A stretch of 64,000 nucleotides of DNA from a virus. The translations under genes were made by a program, and so were the position numbers. Shown piece after piece: positions 58,080 through 64,000 of the stretch. Numbering within the stretch: the first letter of the stretch is position 1; every line of letters starts with the position of its first letter. The notes under the pieces were generated by a model that was given only the letters and a program-made list of their open reading frames with translations, was not told the DNA's origin and made no database searches. The stretch spans positions 43,957-107,956 of IMG/VR virus record IMGVR_UViG_3300034107_000273. One strand, 5' to 3'.

Positions 58080-58526
58080 ATGGCTAAATTATCAATTTCA
58101 AGCATCAAGGGTCTTTTTCAAACTGGAGATCGTCCAAGTCAAACAAATTATGAAGATTTGATTGACAGCACCTCTGCAAGATCAACAGACCTTGGTTCAG
58201 ACGGAAATAATGAGACTACAATCAACGGTATTGAGAACTCAACAATTTTTGATAACTTTTTAGCAAGTGAGTGGAGATCGGTGAAATATTTGATCTCAAT
58301 TAAAAAAGTTTCTGGTGGCGATAATAAATATTACGCTACAGAATTAACTATAGTCCCTGATGCTACAGATGTAAGCGTTAGTGAATATGGAACAGTAGAC
58401 AATGATGGGAATATTGGCACCATCTCCGTGTCTAGAGCAGGAAATACAGTTTCACTAACTGTAATTCCAGTGGGTGGATTGACCCCTATAACCTTGCGCT
58501 ATTTGCGTATTGGTTTGAAGGCTTAA
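58080..58526 (+). CDS. putative virion/fibre-associated protein
   Basis: FQTGDRP...DLIDS; C-terminal domain similar to that of 58543-60918 (KY.I...SEYG). Confidence 0.6.
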   Translation: MAKLSISSIKGLFQTGDRPSQTNYEDLIDSTSARSTDLGSDGNNETTINGIENSTIFDNFLASEWRSVKYLISIKKVSGGDNKYYATELTIVPDATDVSVSEYGTVDNDGNIGTISVSRAGNTVSLTVIPVGGLTPITLRYLRIGLKA

Positions 58527-58542
58527 CCTAAAGGAGATAAAA

Positions 58543-60918
58543 ATGGCAACAGTAACAAAAGATTTTAGAGTAAAAGCAGGACTGGTGGTTGAGGGATCAA
58601 CCGCGACTGTTAATGGAAAGAATATTATCACAGCAGGTGTCGTTGACGCTAAAGGTGATTTGATTGTTGGTAGTGCAGACGATGCAGTAGCACGTTTAGG
58701 CATTGGTACAAACGGTCAAGTACTTACAGCAAACTCAGGTGCAACATACGGAGTTGAGTGGGCAGCACCAGCAGCTGTTGGTGTTTTTGGTTCTTCAATT
58801 ACATTTGAAGGCACAACAGCAGATGATTACGAAACAACAATTGAAGTAGCTGATCCAACAGCTGACCGTACAATTACATTCCCAAATGCAACTGGTACAG
58901 TAGCACTTACTTCAGATATTACATCAGCAGTCAATGGAATTTCAACAACTGATATTGAAGAAGGAACTAACCTTTACTTCACAGATGAAAGAGCACAAGA
59001 TGCTGTAGGTAATGCAGTTGGAACTGGTCTTACTTATACAGACTCAACAGGTGCAATCTCTGTAACAGCAAATACTTATGATGCATACGGTTCAGCATCA
59101 GCAGTTGCTGGAGATCTTTCAACACACACAGGATCAACAGCAGCACACGGTGTAACAGGTGCGGTAGTTGGAACAGAAAATACACAAACTCTTACAAATA
59201 AGACACTTACAAGCCCAGTAGTTTCAGGACTTGCACTTTCAGATTCAAGCATTGTTTTTGAAGGTTCATCAGCAGATGCTAACGAAACAACACTTACAGT
59301 AGCAAATCCTACAGCAGATCGTACCATCACTCTTCCAGACGTAACTGGTACTGTTGTTACAACTGGTGATACAGGCTCTGTAACAAATACAATGCTTGCT
59401 GGATCAATCGCAAATGAAAAGCTTTCAAACTCAGCAATTACAATTAATGGTACATCAACATCTCTTGGTGGTTCACGCACACTAGGATCTGATGATATTG
59501 CAGAAGGTTCAACCAACAAATACTTTACAGATGAAAGAGCACAGGATGCTATTGGAACTGTAGTTGGAAGTGGTCTTGACTATGATGATACTACAGGAGC
59601 AATTTCTGTAGACCCTTCAGAATTCACACTAAACTCTGTAGGTGTTCCAAATGGTGCAGTATCTTTAAACAGCCAAAAAATCACAAACCTCGCAACACCA
59701 ACTGATGGAACAGATGCTGTAACAAAGGCTTATGTAGATGCAGCAACAGAAGGTCTTCATGTTCATGAATCAGCTCGTGCAGCAACAACAGTAAACGTTA
59801 ACCTAGCAAACGCTCTTGAAAATGGAGACACTCTTGATGGAGTTACTCTTGCAACTGGAGATCGTATTCTTGTTAAGAATCAGACAACACAATCTGAAAA
59901 CGGTATTTACGTAGTAGCAGCATCTGGTCAACCAGCTCGTGCTACAGACTTTGATACAGCATCAGAAGTTGACTCTGGTGACTTTGTATTTGTTTATTCT
60001 GGTACAGAAAATGGTGGAACTGGTTGGGTCCAAACAAATCGTCCAGCAACAATTGGAACAGATGCAATTGCATTTACACAGTTCTCAGGTGCTGGTACAT
60101 ATTTAGCAGGTAATGGTTTAACACTAACTGGTAATTCATTTAGTATTAATACAACTATTACAGCAGATTTAAGTACAGCGCAAACACTAACAAACAAGTC
60201 AATTAGTGGTTCAGCAAATACACTTACAAACATTCCAAATAATGCTTTGTCAAATTCTGCAATCACAATTAACGGAACATCAGTATCACTTGGTGGAACT
60301 CGCACTCTTGGATCAGATGACATTTCAGAAGGTTCTACAAACAAGTACTTTACTGATGAACGTGCACAGGATGCTATTGGAAATGTCGTAGGAACAGGCC
60401 TTTCATATAACGATACAACTGGTGCAATTTCTAACTCAGGTGTAACAGGACTTACTGGAACTACAAATCAGGTATCAGTATCTGCTGCAACTGGATCAGT
60501 TACACTATCTACTCCACAAGACATTCACTCTGCAGCATCTCCAACATTTGCAGCACTGTCTGTAGGATCAGGAGCACTAACTGCTGGTTCTGTAGTACTT
60601 CCAGATGCTCTTGTTGGTTCTGCTCTAGCAACTGCTGGAACTTCAGCAACAACAATTGATACATTCTCAGCATCAACATATACTGCTGCTAAGTATGTAA
60701 TTCAAATGAAAAAGGGTACTGACATTGAAGTAATTGAAATGTTGGTAGCAATAGACGGATCAAACAATGTTTATGTAACAGAGTACGCTAATGTACAAAG
60801 TAATGGTGAACTAGGAACAACAAACGCTGTTTATGACGGTGGAAATGTTCTTCTTCAAGTTACTGCAGCAGCATCAGATACAGCTGTTAAGGTAAGCAAG
60901 ACCTATATTGAAGCATAA
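58543..60918 (+). CDS. tail fibre / virion fibre protein
   Basis: Thr/Ala/Gly-rich; repeats TN.YFTDERAQDA x3 and FEG..AD..ETT...PTADRTIT x2; RILVKNQT...NGIY domain. Confidence 0.75.
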   Translation: MATVTKDFRVKAGLVVEGSTATVNGKNIITAGVVDAKGDLIVGSADDAVARLGIGTNGQVLTANSGATYGVEWAAPAAVGVFGSSITFEGTTADDYETTIEVADPTADRTITFPNATGTVALTSDITSAVNGISTTDIEEGTNLYFTDERAQDAVGNAVGTGLTYTDSTGAISVTANTYDAYGSASAVAGDLSTHTGSTAAHGVTGAVVGTENTQTLTNKTLTSPVVSGLALSDSSIVFEGSSADANETTLTVANPTADRTITLPDVTGTVVTTGDTGSVTNTMLAGSIANEKLSNSAITINGTSTSLGGSRTLGSDDIAEGSTNKYFTDERAQDAIGTVVGSGLDYDDTTGAISVDPSEFTLNSVGVPNGAVSLNSQKITNLATPTDGTDAVTKAYVDAATEGLHVHESARAATTVNVNLANALENGDTLDGVTLATGDRILVKNQTTQSENGIYVVAASGQPARATDFDTASEVDSGDFVFVYSGTENGGTGWVQTNRPATIGTDAIAFTQFSGAGTYLAGNGLTLTGNSFSINTTITADLSTAQTLTNKSISGSANTLTNIPNNALSNSAITINGTSVSLGGTRTLGSDDISEGSTNKYFTDERAQDAIGNVVGTGLSYNDTTGAISNSGVTGLTGTTNQVSVSAATGSVTLSTPQDIHSAASPTFAALSVGSGALTAGSVVLPDALVGSALATAGTSATTIDTFSASTYTAAKYVIQMKKGTDIEVIEMLVAIDGSNNVYVTEYANVQSNGELGTTNAVYDGGNVLLQVTAAASDTAVKVSKTYIEA

Positions 60919-60937
60919 TTAAGAAAAGAGGATAGAA

Positions 60938-61399
60938 GTGGCAACTGTAAATAAAGATTTTAAAGTAAAGCATGGTTTAGATGTAAACCAAGGCGGTACT
61001 TTTGGAGGAACTGTTACAGTTGCTACTCCTACCGAAAACACACATGCAACAACAAAACTTTATGTAGACACAAGAGCACCTGTTGCAACCCCAGCATCAA
61101 CAGCCCCAGCAACACCAGTAAATGGACAGTTATGGTTTGATACAGTATCACGTCATATCTCTGTATATTCTACTGATGCTGCTGACTGGATTATGATTGC
61201 AACATTTTCAGATACCGCTGATCTAAGACAACATATTCACGATACTGCAATTGACGGAACTGGACTTATTGTTTCAATATTTCAAGATGCAGGTTTCTAC
61301 GATTCAATATTTACATCAACTGAAATTGCAGGATTCTATGATTCAGACTACTGGAATAACAGCTACGACGGCGGAAGCCCATTAGATAATTTTAGTTAA
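60938..61399 (+). CDS. virion fibre-associated protein
   Basis: KDFKVK N-terminus shared with 58543; ATKLYVD and GQLWFDT motifs. Confidence 0.6.
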   Translation: MATVNKDFKVKHGLDVNQGGTFGGTVTVATPTENTHATTKLYVDTRAPVATPASTAPATPVNGQLWFDTVSRHISVYSTDAADWIMIATFSDTADLRQHIHDTAIDGTGLIVSIFQDAGFYDSIFTSTEIAGFYDSDYWNNSYDGGSPLDNFS

Positions 61400-61443
61400 T
61401 TATCTGATATAATACTATAAGACACCTAAAGAGGAGACTATAA

Positions 61444-63984
61444 ATGGCAACAAGAATGCAACAGCGCAGAGGTACTGCTGCACAATGGGTTTCAACAAAT
61501 TCTGGCAATGGCCCAATCCTCAACGCAGGTGAAATCGGATATGAGACCGATACAAATAAATTTAAAATTGGTGATGGAACAAATCACTGGATAAACCTTG
61601 ATTACTTCATTGATGCTAGTTCAACAGTAAATCCTGCTTTTGGTTCAAGCATTACATTTGAGGGTGCAACTGCAAATGACTTTGAGACTACCGTTGCAAT
61701 AACAGACCCAACTGCTGACCGCACAATTACTCTTCCAGATGCAACAGGAACAGTAGTATTAGCCGACGGTAGCGGAAATGTTACAGTTTCAGGAAACTTA
61801 ACTGTAAGTGGTACAACTACTACTATTAACAGTACAACAATTAATGCTACAACAGGAATGGTGTTTGAGGGTGCAACTGCAAATGACTTTGAGACTATTC
61901 TTACAGTAACTGACCCAACAGCAGATAGAACACTAACTCTTCCAGATTCAACAGGAACAATTGCTACACAGGAACACGTAACCAATGAAATAGGGTCACA
62001 TAGCTCAGACACAACTTCTGTTCATGGTATTGCAAACACAGCAGACCTTGCTACAAAGACCTACGCTGATACAGCAGTTTCTACTCACTCTTCAGACACA
62101 ACTGATGTTCATGGAATTACAGACACTTCAGCACTGGCTACAAAAACGTATGCAGATACAGCGGTTTCTAATCACTCTTCAGATACTACAGATGTTCATG
62201 GAATAGCAGATACTTCAGCACTTGCTACAAAGACTTATGCTGATACTGCAGCCTCTACAGCAGCATCTACATCGCTTTCTTCTCATGCTTCAGATACAAC
62301 AGATATTCATGGAATTGCAGATACCAGTATTCTTGTAACAACAACTGGAACTCAAACTCTTACAAACAAGACAATTACCACTCCATCTGGTCTAGTTAAA
62401 TCAGATGTAGGCCTAGGCAATGTAGATAACACCTCAGATGCTAATAAGCCAGTATCAACAGCCCAACAGACTGCTCTTGATTTAAAAGCCAGTCTTTCAG
62501 GTGCTACATTTACAGGAACAGTTAGCGGAATTACAAAGTCTATGGTTGGTTTAGCAAACGTTGATAACACAGCAGATGCATCAAAGCCAGTTTCAACTGC
62601 TCAACAAACTGCTCTTGATCTAAAGGCAAACCTGGCTGGTCCTACATTTACAGGAACAGTTGTACTTCCTTCAACAACATCAGTTGGAGATGTCTCAGCA
62701 ACTGAACTTGGCTATGTAAATGGAGTAACCTCAGCTATTCAGACTCAGTTAGACGATAAGCTGTCTAAAACTGGTGGAACAATGACTGGGGCACTTACTC
62801 TATCAGCTGACCCATCCGCCTCACTACATGCAGCAACAAAGCAGTATGTTGACAACACAGCATCAGGAGTTGTTGCAAAGCCACAAGTTCTTGGAGCAAC
62901 TACAGCAAACATTGATGCTACATACAGCAATGGTACAGCTGGAGTAGGCGCAACTCTTACACACAATACAAACGGAGTATTTCCTGCAGAAGCAGGTGGA
63001 GCATCAGGTTGGGCAGTTGGAAAAGGTATTCTTGTAAAGAATCAAACTAATAAGGCTCAAAATGGTAGATACTATATCTCAAATATGGGGTCTGTATCAA
63101 CACCTTACGTTCTTACTCGTTGTATATATTGTGATGAAGCATCAGAGATTCCAGGCGCATACATATTCGTACAAGATGGAACAAACGCTGGGACAGGGTG
63201 GATTCAGGTAGTTGCAGACCCTGCAACATTTGTTGTTGGAACAGATAACATTGATGTATTCCAGTTCTCAGGTTCAGGAACAATCACAGCAGGAACTGGA
63301 ATAACTGTATCAGGTAACGAAGTTTCTATTTCAACTGGGGCAATAACTTCATCGCTGATACTTGATGGAACAATTGTTGACGGAGATATTAACGCTTCAG
63401 CAGCAATCGCTCAGTCTAAGATTTCAGGGCTTACAACAGATCTTGCTGCTAAAGCACCACTTGCTTCTCCAACATTTACTGGAACTGTAACAATCCCAAA
63501 TGGTGCAGCATTAGGAACTCCAGCATCTGCAACATTAACAAATGCAACGGGATTGCCAGTCGCAACTGGAATTGCAAACCTTGGAACAGGCGTGGCAACA
63601 TTCCTTACAACTCCATCATCTGCAAATCTTGCATCAATGGTTACTGATGAAATTGGAACTGGTAACTTAATACTTTCTGATATTGCAACTAATGCACAGT
63701 CAGCATCTTATACTTTAGCTCTTGCAGATAAAGGAAAGCTTGTTGAAATCAGTAATGCATCTGCAAATACTTTAACAGTTCCACCAAGCTCATCAGTTGA
63801 TTTTCCAGTAGGATCACAAATTACAGTTCTACAAACTGGAGCAGGTCAAACAACAATTACTGCTGGATTAGGTGTTACTATAAATGGAACACCTGGATTA
63901 AAGTTACGTGCCCAGTGGTCATCAGTAACATTAATTAAGCGTCTTACAGATACATGGGTTGTAGTCGGAGACTTAACAGCATAG
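61444..63984 (+). CDS. tail fibre protein with Mtd/hyaluronidase-type N-terminus
   Basis: RMQQRRGTAAQW...GEIGYETDT.KFKIGDG; repeats HSSDTT.VHGI x4 and GLxNVDNT.D..KPVSTAQQ x2. Confidence 0.8.
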   Translation: MATRMQQRRGTAAQWVSTNSGNGPILNAGEIGYETDTNKFKIGDGTNHWINLDYFIDASSTVNPAFGSSITFEGATANDFETTVAITDPTADRTITLPDATGTVVLADGSGNVTVSGNLTVSGTTTTINSTTINATTGMVFEGATANDFETILTVTDPTADRTLTLPDSTGTIATQEHVTNEIGSHSSDTTSVHGIANTADLATKTYADTAVSTHSSDTTDVHGITDTSALATKTYADTAVSNHSSDTTDVHGIADTSALATKTYADTAASTAASTSLSSHASDTTDIHGIADTSILVTTTGTQTLTNKTITTPSGLVKSDVGLGNVDNTSDANKPVSTAQQTALDLKASLSGATFTGTVSGITKSMVGLANVDNTADASKPVSTAQQTALDLKANLAGPTFTGTVVLPSTTSVGDVSATELGYVNGVTSAIQTQLDDKLSKTGGTMTGALTLSADPSASLHAATKQYVDNTASGVVAKPQVLGATTANIDATYSNGTAGVGATLTHNTNGVFPAEAGGASGWAVGKGILVKNQTNKAQNGRYYISNMGSVSTPYVLTRCIYCDEASEIPGAYIFVQDGTNAGTGWIQVVADPATFVVGTDNIDVFQFSGSGTITAGTGITVSGNEVSISTGAITSSLILDGTIVDGDINASAAIAQSKISGLTTDLAAKAPLASPTFTGTVTIPNGAALGTPASATLTNATGLPVATGIANLGTGVATFLTTPSSANLASMVTDEIGTGNLILSDIATNAQSASYTLALADKGKLVEISNASANTLTVPPSSSVDFPVGSQITVLQTGAGQTTITAGLGVTINGTPGLKLRAQWSSVTLIKRLTDTWVVVGDLTA

Positions 63985-64000
63985 TACTTATAAAATAATA

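Noticed and set aside
61444-63984. Diversity-generating retroelement suggested by the Mtd-like N-terminus
   Set aside because: No reverse transcriptase and no TR/VR pair differing only at adenines were seen
1-64000. Stop-codon reassignment
   Set aside because: Recognisable genes are full length under the standard code, TAA/TAG/TGA all end genes, and no suppressor tRNA is present

Overview
This 64 kb window comes from a large tailed dsDNA phage. The host is very likely a freshwater actinobacterium, judging from WhiB, leaderless TGnTATAAT-N6-8-ATG promoters and an actinobacterial-type surface protein. Layout: 0-19.6 kb (+) has DNA-metabolism and packaging genes (Cas4-like nuclease, RuvC, terminase), host-type accessory genes (secreted surface proteins, Ntn peptidase, Hsp20, PstS, thioredoxin, WhiB) and a CHAP lysin. 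19.6-27.3 kb has a glycosyltransferase/nucleotidyltransferase/FkbM cluster and 4 tRNAs. 29.3-30.4 kb is a repeat-rich, mostly non-coding block. 30.4-44.1 kb is a divergent, early-type region of small genes plus tRNA-Asp, organised as about 10 modules. Their intergenic blocks share a CCCGAG/CTCGGG junction site, CRP-type TGTGA-N6-TCACA boxes, DnaA boxes, GACAC boxes and a TGTCAG promoter motif, and several modules end in a covarying 27-nt H-type RNA pseudoknot. 45.5-64 kb has virion/fibre genes, including an FN3 protein with a (Pro/Phe)n tail followed by seven 2OG-Fe(II) oxygenases, two DUF6065-like proteins and an SDR. The strongest candidates for undescribed systems are the 3'-UTR pseudoknot family, the modular host-TF-box array, and the PFF-repeat/oxygenase cluster. 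All assignments come from motif recognition by eye, with no database searches.
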